A DNA stretch of 63,323 nucleotides, the filler included, from Octopus bimaculoides (taxonomy: Eukaryota), in assembly GCF_001194135.2 (NCBI RefSeq). It is 3 parts of 3 records of this genome, joined end to end, with 100 filler letters (N's around TTAATTAATTAA, not from the genome) between each part and the next. Parts side by side here need not be neighbours in the genome. Positions count along the whole stretch, not along the records: positions 29,893 to 58,923 come from NC_068987.1; positions 59,024 to 63,323 come from NC_069009.1; 1 more part is not named here. One strand, 5' to 3'. Within the stretch, counting starts at the first letter, position 1, and every line of letters starts with the position of its first letter. Below are positions 50,851 through 62,799 of the stretch, one piece after another. The notes beneath the pieces are model-generated. The model was not told the origin of the DNA and searched no databases. It saw nothing but the letters and a program-made list of their open reading frames with translations. The translations under genes and the position numbers were made by a program.

Positions 50851-51440
50851 CCATGGGAGTCACAAGTGACTCCTTAAATATATATTTAGAATATTCCAAG
50901 AGATGCATTGATGACTTGCCGATCTATATGCTCAATATACTATGGGAGTCACTGGTGATTCCCAGGCTATATCCTCAATATACCATGGACTCACCGTTGA
51001 TGTCTCAAGTTACATTCTTAATATTCCATAGTCACCAGTGACTCACTACTCTACATTCTTAATGAGAGTCACCACTGACTTCCCTAGCTATATTCACCAT
51101 GCTACATTCACCAATGAGAGTCACCATAAGGATATAGTCCCAAACTATATCCTTAATATACCATGAGATTCACCAGAGACTATCCAAACTGTACCTTAAT
51201 ATACCATGGGAGTCAATTCATATTCTTAATATAGCATGAGAGTTACTGGAGACACCTTAAGTTATTTTCTTAACATACTATGAGAACCAACAGAGACTTA
51301 CCAAAGTATATTCTTAATATACCATGGAAGTCACCGGTGACTCCCCAGACTACATTACTAAAATACCATAATAATCACCGGTGACTCCCTACGCTATATT
51401 TTCAATGTACCAGTGGAGTCACAGGTAACTCGCAACAGTA
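50851..51440. repeat. Degenerate minisatellite of about 44 bp, about 13-14 units, each with a palindrome
   Basis: Unit starts at about 50851, 50896, 50940, 50983, 51026 and onward; approximate consensus CCATGGGAGTCACCGGTGACTCCCCAGACTATATTCTTAATATA. Confidence 0.85.
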
Positions 51441-51999
51441 ATTATTTATATGGATCCTCACGTTACTATGATTCAAATTACATTTGAAGTGACAAAGGCT
51501 GCGGAAACATATGGAGCAGCGCCCTGTGACTCCTATGGTATATGCAACCGAAACCCCTATAAAGTGGCGTCCTATGGGACGACCTAGATGAGACAGATGA
51601 TGCTTCTATCGATTGCTGTTTCAAGGATTTGGACTTAAAACTTTGAACACTGAAAAATCCTTCTGTCTCCATATCTCCATAGTTAAGGCGAGGGACCTTG
51701 AGGCGCCTTAGAGTCACCTCCCACCTCTCCCATCAGTGTGCTGGCTGTGGAATCCGAAGCTATTTTTTATTGTTTGAAACGAATATAATTTTCAAAATAT
51801 AATTTAAAACATTTTCCAATAAATTTGAATGAAAAAGATGCAAGAAGCAAAAAGAATAAGCGGCTGTATATGGTTCTAGTTGCCCTCAGTAATTTATCTG
51901 AGTTTATACCAAGGAATATAATGCATATAAATAAAAATACATAACTGCATATAATGAAATAGTCCAGCTAACCACTTGATAGCCAAATAAGGAGATATA

Positions 52000-52710
52000 C
52001 AAGATGTTCGGGCTCAATTTTATAATTCTTTATATCATATTTTATTTACGAACAGCTTGATGTATTGGGTGAAAATTGGAAAAAAATGTTATCTCTATCA
52101 TGATGATTTACGCCGTGCGACAAAACGCTGATAAATGACTGCTGTTCAATGCTCTGTGAACACTATAAAGACTGTAATATATGACAGGGACATCAGGAAA
52201 TTCTCGTTCTCTCAAAGAGTAATGATCTTCCGGCGCGTTTCGCCCCATACAATGAGATGGCTATATGAAGCTACTAGGGATTATCCTCAGACCCTGGCGG
52301 GAGAGATTATATATGTTGCAGCAGGAATCGGTTCCTTGCCATACCTCAAGAAACACTGAGAAGTGGTTGTCCGAGAATTCCAACGACACCACCAGCCCCA
52401 ATTTGAAGCCTCTTAATTCTCGCGATTGCAATCACATGGATTACTAGGTGTGGGGTGTGGTTGAAAAAGACACCAACCGATCTGCCTAAAACACCAAGGC
52501 TGAGCTGATGGCCAAGATCATGAAGGTGTTCGAAGATCTTCCCATGGACACAGTAGGGAACGTTGCCGGTTAAGGGCGGCTATTCTGAGTAAACTATTAA
52601 CTCCCAGACATAGTCCAGTAGATATTTCTAAAGATGTTTTTGAATGGCATACTGGGTTTTCTTTTCCGTTTATGCAAACTGTCAAATTTAACACGAACAC
52701 CCTACATATA
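52000..52710 (+). mobile_element. maT (DD37D-like) transposase fossil, internally deleted
   Basis: QQESVPCHTSRNTEKWLSEN..CNHMDY*VWGVVEKDTNRSA*NTKAELMAKI; probable right end acacgaacaccctaca. Confidence 0.8.
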
Positions 52711-52824
52711 ATGCACTCATACCCTTTCCGTATCCTGGAAATGTGTATTCAATCGCTGTACGAAAGGAAGACAACGTAATAGTAACAACAATGTTTAACA
52801 TAGTTCTATATTTGAAAAATGACT

Positions 52825-52986
52825 AATTATGTACATTATTTACATTATTTACATTTGACGGATGTTTGTCCTCATCTTGTTTGTTGTTAACACAGGGTTT
52901 CGGCTGATATAACCTCCAGCCTTCATCAGGTGTCTTGGGGAAATTTCAAACCTGGGTTCTCATCCCCGAGGTATTTTTCCGATGTC
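52825..52986 (-). mobile_element. Short hammerhead-bearing repeat next to (AAT)n
   Basis: Starts in tandem acattattt units, ends in (AAT)n, and contains the fold at 52889-52934. Confidence 0.7.
52889..52934 (-). ncRNA. Minimal type I hammerhead with mutated helix III and cleavage site
   Basis: GACAC-CUGAUGA-A-GGCUG-(10 nt)-CAGCC-GAAAC-CCU-GUGUU: canonical core, but CCU where an NUH triplet is needed. Confidence 0.75.
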
Positions 52987-53789
52987 ATAATAATAATAAT
53001 AATAATAACAACAATAATAATAATAATATTTTAAAAAAAAGGATTGACGTAACTCTTCACGANNNNNNNNNNNNNNNNNNNNNNNNNNNNNNNNNNNNNN
53101 NNNNNNNNNNNNNNNNNNNNNNNNNNNNNNNNNNNNNNNNNNNNNNNNNNNNNNNNNNNNNNGACTGAGGATAGGTGATAAGCTTATGTACAAACATAAA
53201 CAAGTAATCATAATCGTGAGGATGCTTCGAATGGAAACTATGGATTTTAACAAAGGAAGGGTAACATGGAGTTAGGGAAAGCATTCCCCAAAAAGCAACT
53301 GTAAGATTTTCTGAAAGGCTCCTCAAAGAACCCAACCAACCAACCTCGTCATTGTATGCCATAAGTCTCAGGGAAGTGAAAACTTTCCTTTCTTCTGTGG
53401 CCAAGGCTAACATTGGAACTGAATGGATCTGTCCAGGTGATAGAGTAGGCTTGGAAACTATGCCACTAGCTTAATGGCGTCAGGTCACTAGATGTAGATA
53501 TAGTAGCAATGAGTGACACCTGAATTTTTGAGACGCACGGACTATTCGTCTCTGGTAGAGACGACTGCATCATTCAGTAGGAGTGGACCAGGAGAAGTGG
53601 CACTGAAGACCGTGGTTTCAATGTAAAGGGAAAAGAATATTTATGGCATATTGTATAAAATGTAAGTGTATGAGCGAAAAGAGAAAGAGAGAGAGCAAAA
53701 AAGAGGGGAAGAGAGTGTTATAACTTAATTGGTGACTTTGTGAGTACACATAGAAACGTCCAGAGAAACAACATAGTAAGTCAAGCTAA

Positions 53790-54280
53790 AGCGTGGTTGT
53801 GTGGTAAGAAACTTGCTTCCTAACTACATGGTTTCGGGTTCAGTCCCCCTGCGTGGCATCTTGAGTAAGTGTCTTCGACTATAGCTTCGGTCCGATCAAG
53901 CCTTTTGAGAGAATTTTGTAGACGGAGNNNNNNNNNNNNNNNNNNNNNNNNNNNNNNNNNNNNNNNNNNNNNNNNNNNNNNNNNNNNNNNNNNNNNNNNN
54001 NNNNNNNNNNNNNNNNNTATATATATATATATATATACATTATATATGTGTGTGTGCGTGTGCCTTTGTGACAATGTTTGTCTCTACTACTTCTCGACAA
54101 CCAGTGCTTCTGTGTTTACGTTCCCGCAACATAGCTATTCGGCAAAAAATGCATATAGAACAAATACCAGGATTTTAGAAAATATATATAAGTACAAGGA
54201 TCGATTCATTCATCTGAAAATTATTCAAGGCGGTGCCCCAACATAGCCGTAGTCTAATCACTGTAACATGTAAAAGATAA
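53790..54280 (+). mobile_element. SINE family A, near full length, with a gap at the internal microsatellite
   Basis: Head gcgtggttgtgtggtaagaaacttgcttcc to gtagacgg, N gap, then tail to ggcggtgccccaacatagccg. Confidence 0.85.
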
Positions 54281-54823
54281 AAAAATATAGAGACCAAAAT
54301 GATTGCAAATAAATTTATACAATACTTCGAATGTGTCATTGTAATGAAAGCACTTTCTCGTTACCAGACTATTTATATCACCTTATTTATATCCTTCTCG
54401 TTTTGCTCGTATGCTGCAGTTGCACTTGATCGTCGATTATGTTCTGTAGTGATGAAGTATATAATATTTTTGCCATTTTGACCTCGATGTCACATCAAAG
54501 CCTACTAATTCTGTGTTCGATCTCTCATTTTAGCCAGCTACAAAGTCCATCGATTCGATTAGATGAAGGTTATCTATCTTAACAATCCGCTATAATTGTC
54601 AGATATTGATTTGTTCTTTGAAATATATATATAATAAAAAGAAATACTCAAACAAAACAACACAGGTTGAAAAATAATAGAAATAAATTCATATTTGCAA
54701 AAATTCGATAAGAATTCTCACTTGTCTCTCTACTTTATGAATTGATTTCTTATACACACGCGCGCGCGCGCATGTACAGACATAAATACATATATATAAT
54801 ATATATTCATATACATACGGATG

Positions 54824-54870
<47 letters not shown>

Positions 54871-55649
54871 NNNNNNNNNNNNNNNNNNNNNNNNNNNNNN
54901 NNNNNNNNNNNNNNNNNNNNNNNNNNNNNNNNNNNNNNNNNNNNNNNNNNNNNNNNNNNNNNNNNNNNNNNNNNNNNNNNNNNNNNNNNNNNNNNNNNNN
55001 NNNNNNNNNNNNNNNNNNNNNNNNNNNNNNNNNNNNNNNNNNNNNNNNNNNNNNNNNNNNNNNNNNNNNNNNNNNNNNNNNNNNNNNNNNNNNNNNNNNN
55101 NNNNNNNNNNNNNNNNNNNNNNNNNNNNNNNNNNNNNNNNNNNNNNNNNNNNNNNNNNNNNNNNNNNNNNNNNNNNNNNNNNNNNNNNNNNNNNNNNNNN
55201 NNNNNNNNNNNNNNNNNNNNNNNNNNNNNNNNNNNNNNNNNNNNNNNNNNNNNNNNNNNNNNNNNNNNNNNNNNNNACATATATATATACATACACATAT
55301 TTATATACATATATATGCATGCATATACACACATGTTTTTGTGCATGTGTGTATATATATATGTATGTATGCATACGTATGTATTTAATAATTTATCTCA
55401 CTTTTCGATCGTCTAAATTACACTTATTCACCCTGCTGTTCGAAAATAAACTTATTGTTGAGAAAATGATTTATATTGCTATATGCTTCATTAAAATTGT
55501 TGTAGAAAGAAGTTATGGTGAGAAAATGTGGAAATTAAAATTGCCACAACATACAACAGTGATGACGGTCCGTGTCAGAAGCAACGGGTTATATTAATAC
55601 TCTTATCGCAGACCTATTACACAATTTCTCTGCCAATATTTGAGACCCG

Positions 55650-56361
55650 TAAGGTGGCGAGCTAACAGAAACTTTAGCATTCAGGGCGAAATGCTTGACG
55701 GTATTTTGTCTTTACGTTTTGAGTTCAAATTCCGCCGAAGTCGTTATTACCTTTCATCCTTTCGAGGTCGATAAATTAAGTAGCAGTTGCGTACTGGGGT
55801 CGATTTAATCGACTGGCTCCCTCCCCCAAAACTTAGGGCCTTGTGCCTAGAGTAAAAAAGAATATTTCAAACGTGTAAGGCGGTGAGCTGGCAGAAACGT
55901 TAGCACGCAGGGTGAAATGCTTAGCGGTATTTCGTCTGTCTTTACGTTCTGAGTTCAAATGCCACCGAGGTTGACTTTGCGTTTCATCCTTTCGGTATCG
56001 ATAAATTAAGCACCAGTTGTGTACTGGGGTCGAACTAATTGACAGGCCCCTTCCCCCAAAATTTCGGGCCTTGCGCCTGAAGTAGAAAAAAAAAAATTCG
56101 AACCTGTAAGGCGGCGAGCTAGCAGAATCTTTAACATGCCGTACAAAATGCTATAGAACATTGTGTTCGTCTTTAAATTCTGCTGCGGTCGACTCTATCC
56201 TTTCGGTCTCGAAAATGTACCAGTTGAAAACTGGGGTTGATGTGATTGATTTTCACCGCTCTTCCAAACTTACTGTTTTTATGCCAAAATTTAAAACCAA
56301 TATTTCTTACCTGAAGTAAGGCGGCGAAATGATAGAATTGCTACCGCGCCGGACAAAATGC
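55650..56361 (+). mobile_element. Four head-to-tail SINE family B copies
   Basis: taagg(c/t)gg heads at about 55650, 55877, 56107 and 56318, a period of about 210-230 bp. Confidence 0.9.
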
Positions 56362-57284
56362 NNNNNNNNNNNNNNNNNNNNNNNNNNNNNNNNNNNNNNN
56401 NNNNNNNNNNNNNNNNNNNNNNNNNNNNNNNNNNNNNNNNNNNNNNNNNNNNNNNNNNNNNNNNNNNNNNNNNNNNNNNNNNNNNNNNNNNNNNNNNNNN
56501 NNNNNNNNNNNNNNNNNNNNNNNNNNNNNNNNNNNNNNNNNNNNNNNNNNNNNNNNNNNNNNNNNNNNNNNNNNNNNNNNNNNNNNNNNNNNNNNNNNNN
56601 NNNNNNNNNNNNNNNNNNNNNNNNNNNNNNNNNNNNNNNNNNNNNNNNNNNNNNNNNNNNNNNNNNNNNNNNNNNTATATATATATATATATATATATCT
56701 TAATAATAAATATGTATTATATAATAAAGTACTATGTAAATTGTGTGTTACCACTCGGGAAGGGAAACGTAATTTTACTATTGCAAATCCTTCCGTTTCA
56801 AAGAAAATGAATATACGCTAATCTACATATTGAGTACATTTTTGACTCATTTTGAAATAGAACTAGTTATAAATGTCATCAAACACATTCATATACATAT
56901 CTACATATAAAGAGAACGGGTGGCGGGGAATAAAGTTAGAAACAGAAGTAGCGAACAAACAGTAGAGTTAAAAATAAGACGTCTGTGAGGTGAAGTGTGT
57001 TTTCATTTGGCGAAAGCTAAATATCGACACCCCATGGATTTCTATCAATAATAAAGTGATGTCTGTGAATTCATAAACTAAATGCTATTTTTAAGCATTT
57101 TTATCTTCCACCCCCTCCTCCTCCTCTTACATAACAACGGGAATGACTTGTTGCAGCTAGAACATTCTACGTGTTAAGCAAATGTAACCGCAAGAAATAC
57201 TGTACTTCCATAATAGAGAAGAATCCGGTGATTTGTGAATTTGACCGTCGTCCTTTTGTGGGAACAATTTATGTCTACTAAAGG

Positions 57285-57460
57285 TACACGGTCTGGAATT
57301 ATGTGAGGAGGTGTTAATCGTCTATATTGATCAGTGCTCAACTGGTACTTATTTTATCGACCCCAATATGATTCAAGGCCTAGTAGACCTCGGCAAATTT
57401 TTGAACTGAGAGCGTAAAGCTTGAGGAAATGCCGCTAAGCGTTCTGTCTACTCGCTACCA
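57285..57460 (-). mobile_element. SINE family B, degenerate
   Basis: cagtgctcaactggtacttattttatcgacccc..gacctcggcaaatttttgaactgagagcg. Confidence 0.7.
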
Positions 57461-58315
57461 TACTTAGTAGGAATAACAGTACACGATTCAAAACAAGTCT
57501 GCAGGCAGCAGATATGTCATATTGATCCATTCTTTTATGTGAAGTTATTTCGATACGAGGTTCATTGTCTGAAACATTATAATTGCTGAAAAGTAATATT
57601 TCCGAATTTTTGTATTTCTGTTTGTTATAAAGAACATCTATCCGAATATGTCTGAATGATAAATATCGCGTTTATTTATTTAAAGGAAGGTTATGGAAAA
57701 TGAGAGGATGTCAAAGTACACTTTTAAGATGCTAAACATAGATGCCAGAAAATATCTCCCATTACCAGACACCCTCCTGCTAGTTATGCTATATGATTAA
57801 GGACCATAAAGTGACAGAATACATAGAGCTTCATTGTAAATATTTTGTATAATTTTGTCAAGAAAAAAAAAAATTATGTACTGAGCTCAGAACTTGCTTG
57901 GGTTTGCTTTTTATCCTTCCGAGTTAAATTAACGATTACAGTGAAGCGCAGATTGAACTGACTGTATTCTCTTTTCAGAAGTGAAATTTTCCAGTCAATG
58001 TTTGGAATCCATACTTGCAGCGATTCTCACATTACGATATAAACATATCGCAAATCAATAATGCCATGATGTTGCTTTTGTCGATGCTTAAGTGTCCATA
58101 CCGGTTTTGATGGAGCAACGCTATGACCATACTCGCTCAAGTAGTGATCATACATTCCTTTCAGGTTTTACTTTCCTTTCTGATTTCTAAAACTATTTCA
58201 TCCTATACTTCTTACCACATCTTTTTAAGACGATAGCATGAGTTTGCACAGGTGACCTTTGCTATAGCTATCATTTTCCAGTTATATCTTTCGATCGATT
58301 GAATTTCCATCTCAG

Positions 58316-58429
58316 GTCCAATGGCCTGTCCAATTTTGGTTCGATGTCATTTGTGTGGATGGTTCGGACATGACAATAAATGGCTCGTTGAGATCTTACT
58401 CCTAAGCTCGGTGACGTCTCGTTGGTTAG
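58316..58429 (+). CDS. Candidate symmetric phase-1 exon (G)PMACPILVRCHLCGWFGHDNKWLVEILLLSSVTSRWL
   Basis: tttccatctcag acceptor, AG|GTTAAG donor, 114 nt, one open frame. An overlapping minus-strand ORF is an equally possible reading. Confidence 0.25.
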
Positions 58430-58591
58430 GTTAAGTCTGAAAAGCCCAATGTATTTACACTTGCTTGTTGAAGTCGTTTCACTTATATTTTTAATGCCGT
58501 TCAAAAACTATAAACATCAACATTCGATTTCCTCTCTTAAAAACAATAACATTTTACCAAATAGAAAATCAAATAATAAATATGAATATAG

Positions 58592-58923
58592 GCGCAGGAG
58601 TGGCTGTGTAGTAAGTAACTTTCTTAGCAACCACATAGTTCCGGGTTCAGTCCCACTGCGTGGCACCTTGGGTAAGTGTCTTCTCCTATAGCCTCGGGCC
58701 GACCAAAGCCTTGTTAGTGGATTTGGTAGACGGACATTGAAAGAAGCCCGTCGTATATATGTATATGTATATATATGTGTGTGTGTGTGCGTGTGTGTGT
58801 CCGTGTTTCCCCCCCCCCAACATCGCTTGACAACCGATGCTGGTGTGTTTACGCCTCCTTAACTTAACGGTTCGGGAAAAGAGACCGATAGAATAAGTAC
58901 TAGGCTTACAAAGAATAAGCCCT
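58592..58923 (+). mobile_element. Young SINE family A copy
   Basis: CpG-intact head ggcgcaggagtggctgtgtagtaag..ccgggttcagtcccactgcgtggc, internal (TA)/(TG) repeat, tail cut by the linker. Confidence 0.9.
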
Positions 58924-59023
58924 NNNNNNNNNNNNNNNNNNNNNNNNNNNNNNNNNNNNNNNNNNNNTTAATTAATTAANNNNNNNNNNNNNNNNNNNNN
59001 NNNNNNNNNNNNNNNNNNNNNNN
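58924..59023. other. Artificial scaffold linker
   Basis: 44 N + TTAATTAATTAA + 44 N. Confidence 0.95.
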
Positions 59024-59480
59024 ACAATGTTTTGTCTTGGTATAAAAAGATGGGCTACAGCAAATATTCTGCTCAGTACCCCAGATTTGCTTGTCAGTTG
59101 TTTGACCTTAACCAGTTGAGCATGTCCCCTGGTGGCTGACGATATGTGCATCTCTGATCATGAGCAGAAGTAGTGGGGGAGCATCATAGCCATGTGTTGA
59201 GAGGAATTCTTTGGAGTTTGAATACTTTACCTTTGGAAACATGGGTGATTCATTCATCCTCCTTAAACATTCTACTCAACCTGAAGAAAATTTTAACTGG
59301 GCCCCATCTTCAAGGTTATGCACTGTTTATCTTGACTTGAGATCACCATGTTGTGAACATTTTATTGTGATGCATGTGCCTGGTGCACCCTTATCAAACG
59401 GGTAGTCATGATGGGTATACTGGGCTTTGTATATTTGTACCTTAGTGTCACTTTGATGACATTCACTGCTCTCTCACTCA
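59024..59480. repeat. Unclassified interspersed repeat ending in (AAT)n
   Basis: GC-richer block ending in an AAT tract; a 30-nt piece recurs at 59668-59697. Repeat status is inferred. Confidence 0.4.
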
Positions 59481-59499
59481 ATAATAATAATAATAATAA

Positions 59500-59670
59500 T
59501 AATCATCATAATTATCATCATCATTGTTTAACGTCCGCTTTCCATGCTAGCATGGGTTGGACGATTTGACTGAGGACTAGTGAAACCGGATGGCTACACC
59601 AGGCTCCAATCTGATTTGGCAGAGTTTCTACAGCTGGTTGCCCTTCCTAACGCCAACCACTCTGAGAGTG
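59500..59670 (-). mobile_element. Young SINE family C 3' part
   Basis: Reverse complement nearly identical to 29650-29792. Confidence 0.9.
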
Positions 59671-59709
59671 CATCTCTGATTACGAGCAGAAGTAGTGATA
59701 ATTATAATG

Positions 59710-59740
<31 letters not shown>

Positions 59741-59899
59741 TAATAACAACAACATCAACTCAGAGGGCGCAAACCTCTGCCAAAGGCAACATTCTCTCAA
59801 CAATTATCTGGAGATGATTTTTAAAATGACAATATCTGAAATAAACTCGACTGCTCTCACAAATGAGAATACTAAAAATGGACCTGACAGCTCTCAAAA

Positions 59900-60260
59900 A
59901 TTAAGTAAAAAGAACCAGAAAAATAATCCAGAATCCTTGTCCAGTACCTGATTGATCCCAATGGTAGTCATGGAATGTGAAGGTGGGCTGCATTTGTAAT
60001 GCAGTGTGCGTGCGTGTGCCATCTGCTGTGGGAACAGGGACAGTTTTCTCTATGAAGGCCTTTTTTAGTCTATCCACTGATATAGTGTCTTTATGACCAT
60101 TAAGGTCTATAATGAAAAATTTATCCATGCATGAAAGAAAACGGAAAGGATCTGCATACGGTGCTGTTAATGGAGGTTTAACAACACCGTTGCGCACAAA
60201 ACCGTGGGTTTAAGAAGTAAAGCTTCCTTCAAGGCAGAGCTAGAAATGCAATTGTCAAAT
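59900..60260 (-). mobile_element. Ty3/Gypsy integrase C-terminal fossil
   Basis: RNGVVKPPLTAPYADPFRFLSCMDKFFIIDLNGHKDTISVDRLKKAF resembles the GPY/F motif and the TVSIDRLK end. Confidence 0.8.
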
Positions 60261-60599
60261 AGGTAAGAGGTTTTAAACAGGAGCAATATATTCAAAATTG
60301 GTAAAACTAAAAATTGTCGAGGATAAATTAAATTTATTATTGTTATTAAATATGTTAGTGTTATGTAATTTCTGAATGGTTTCACTGCCATTTGTTTATG
60401 TAGTTTGATTTCTTTATCCATCAGTTTCTACTAAGATAGAGACGCGAGTAAAATTGATTCTAGAGAAATGAAAATAAAACATAACTTACGTGGAAACCAT
60501 GGAAATGAAAAGTGTCGCTGAAGAGGTCACAGATGCATGATAAAAGATTTCTGGATGATGGACATGAGGATGTTGAGAAAGTTCTTGCGGTTTTTAACC

Positions 60600-60830
60600 T
60601 TTAAATTCAGATGCACATATCTCGGCCCAAACAAATGGTTGTTCAAGAAGTTTCATAGCGGTGATGAGTCTTGAAGATGATAAGCTTAGTGGTCGGCCAT
60701 CAGATGATGACAACGATCAACTAAGAGTCTTTGTTCAAGCCAATTCAGGCACAACTATTTGAGAGCTTGCTTCTGAATTAGACGTAATGTATACGACAAT
60801 TTCCAACCATTTGAAAGAGATTGAAAAATG
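60600..60830 (+). mobile_element. Mariner transposase N-terminal fossil
   Basis: FKKFHSGDES/LEDDKLSGRPSDDDNDQLRVFVQANSGTTI*ELASELDVMYTTISNHLKEI. Confidence 0.8.
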
Positions 60831-60839
60831 TTTGTCCAT

Positions 60840-61503
60840 TCTTAAACTAAAACAGTCTCCAGTTTTTGTAGTGATGATGGTGGAGGATATCAACTCCTTA
60901 CTTGTTTTTCTAAAATGCAACATAAATATTCAATAATATTGAGATCTGGGGACTGTAGTGGCCAGATAAGATGTTCAACTTCACTAGAATGCTTCTCATG
61001 CCATTCAGTAATGACTTTAGCTGAGTGAATTGGTGCATTATCATCCTGAAAGATTGCATTTCTCTCCGGAAACAGTTCTGCAACCATAGAATGAATTTGA
61101 TTAGATAAAATGCTTAAATAGTCTTGACTATTAATTCTGCCATGAAGGGAAACCATTGGGCTGGTGGATTTCCAAGATATAGTCCCCTCCCCCCAGATCA
61201 TCATAGATCTTCCTCCATGTTTAATAATTGGAAGAAAGCAGTCTGGGTCAAATGCTTCTTTTGGCTGTCCCTACATGTATACTTAGCCGGTGGTCAGAAA
61301 TAAGGTAACAGATGACTTATCCGAGAAAATAACATTCTTCCACTGCCCTAGGGACCAATTCTGTAGGTTTNNNNNNNNNNTAAGCAACACTAGTAACAAA
61401 TCAAAAACCCTAAAAATAAACAAACTTTTGACAGTATTACAGATATCTCAAAATTATGATGCTATGATGCTAGGTGTTTCCATTATTTTGTCCAACCCTT
61501 GTG
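60840..61503 (-). mobile_element. Tc1 (DD34E-type) transposase fossil
   Basis: MIWGEGTISW..IFQDDNAPIHSAK..WPLQSPDLNIIEYL; terminus caagggttggacaaaataatggaaacacc near 61474-61502. Confidence 0.85.
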
Positions 61504-61679
61504 TATGTAGATAGCTAGCGAGCTAGATAGATAGATGCACACACACATACACACACGCACACACATTCAGAGAACATATATACACAAGGTTACCTGCCTA
61601 CACATGTGAGTGAGGAAGCGCAATGATTAGGGGACTGAGAAAGGATAGGGAAAATATTGTAAGAAGTTGTAATGGTATC

Positions 61680-61841
61680 ATAGTGGTGTGGAGTGGAGTT
61701 TCAAGTGTGGTAGTGGTGGTGGTGATGGCTGTTGTGACAGTGATGGTGATAGTGGTGGTGGTGATTGTGGTGGTGTTGTTGGTGGTGGTGTTGTTGTTGG
61801 TGTTGTTGGTAGTGGTGTTGGTGGTGGTGGTGGTGGTGGTG
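61680..61841. repeat. (GGT)n/(GTT)n degenerate microsatellite running into a gap
   Basis: Read directly from the sequence. Confidence 0.9.
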
Positions 61842-62799
61842 NNNNNNNNNNNNNNNNNNNNNNNNNNNNNNNNNNNNNNNNNNNNNNNNNNNNNNNNNNN
61901 NNNNNNNNNNNNNNNNNNNNNNNNNNNNNNNNNNNNNNNNNNNNNNNNNNNNNNNNNNNNNNNNNNNNNNNNNNNNNNNNNNNNNNNNNNNNNNNNNNNN
62001 NNNNNNNNNNNNNNNNNNNNNNNNNNNNNNNNNNNNNNNNNNNNNNNNNNNNNNNNNNNNNNNNNNNNNNNNNNNNNNNNNNNNNNNNNNNNNNNNNNNN
62101 NNNNNNNNNNNNNNNNNNNNNNNNNNNNNNNNNNNNNNNNNNNNNNNNNNNNNNNNNNNNNNNNNNNNNNNNNNNNNNNNNNNNNNNNNNNNNNNNNNNN
62201 NNNNNNNNNNNNNNNNNNNNNNNNNNNNNNNNNNNNNNNNNNNNNNNNNNNNNNNNNNNNNNNNNNNNNNNNNNNNNNNNNNNNNNNNNNNNNNNNNNNN
62301 NNNNNNNNNNNNNNNNNNNNNNNNNNNNNNNNNNNNNNNNNNNNNNNNNNNNNNNNNNNNNNNNNNNNNNNNNNNNNNNNNNNNNNNNNNNNNNNNNNNN
62401 NNNNNNNNNNNNNNNNNNNNNNNNNNNNNNNNNNNNNNNNNNNNNNNNNNNNNNNNNNNNNNNNNNNNNNNNNNNNNNNNNNNNNNNNNNNNNNNNNNNN
62501 NNNNNNNNNNNNNNNNNNNNNNNNNNNNNNNNNNNNNNNNNNNNNNNNNNNNNNNNNNNNNNNNNNNNNNNNNNNNNNNNNNNNNNNAGTGTAAAGGAGT
62601 TTAAACCAATGATACGTGAATAAACAATCACGTTCACATTAACTTAATGAATGCATTTAGCCTTGGGCTTGAACTCTGGCAGAATGAAGAGAAGGAGGGT
62701 AGTGACACTCCAGCATGGGCAGAGAGACGATGCTGATGGAGAGGTCATGGCTATGGACCTGATGAAAATGTCTCCAAAACTTGGTTAGACATACAAAAA

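Noticed and set aside
50851-51440. CRISPR-like array of palindromic repeats
   Set aside because: The spacers are homologous to each other, the units are diverged, there are no cas genes and the context is eukaryotic.
53160-53500. Possible LINE fragment on the minus strand
   Set aside because: No diagnostic RT or endonuclease motif could be read.
56790-56870. Small Tc1/mariner-type MITE (ttccgtttcaaa..ttttgaaatagaa)
   Set aside because: The inverted match is short and gapped and there is no clear TA duplication.
58592-58700. tRNA genes at SINE heads (also 7695, 41222, 55877)
   Set aside because: A/B-box-like motifs run into SINE bodies and no complete cloverleaf is evident.
59567-59600. CTGAGGA..GAAAC in the SINE C tail as a hammerhead
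   Set aside because: No stem II can form, and the sister copy at 29730 reads GCAAC.
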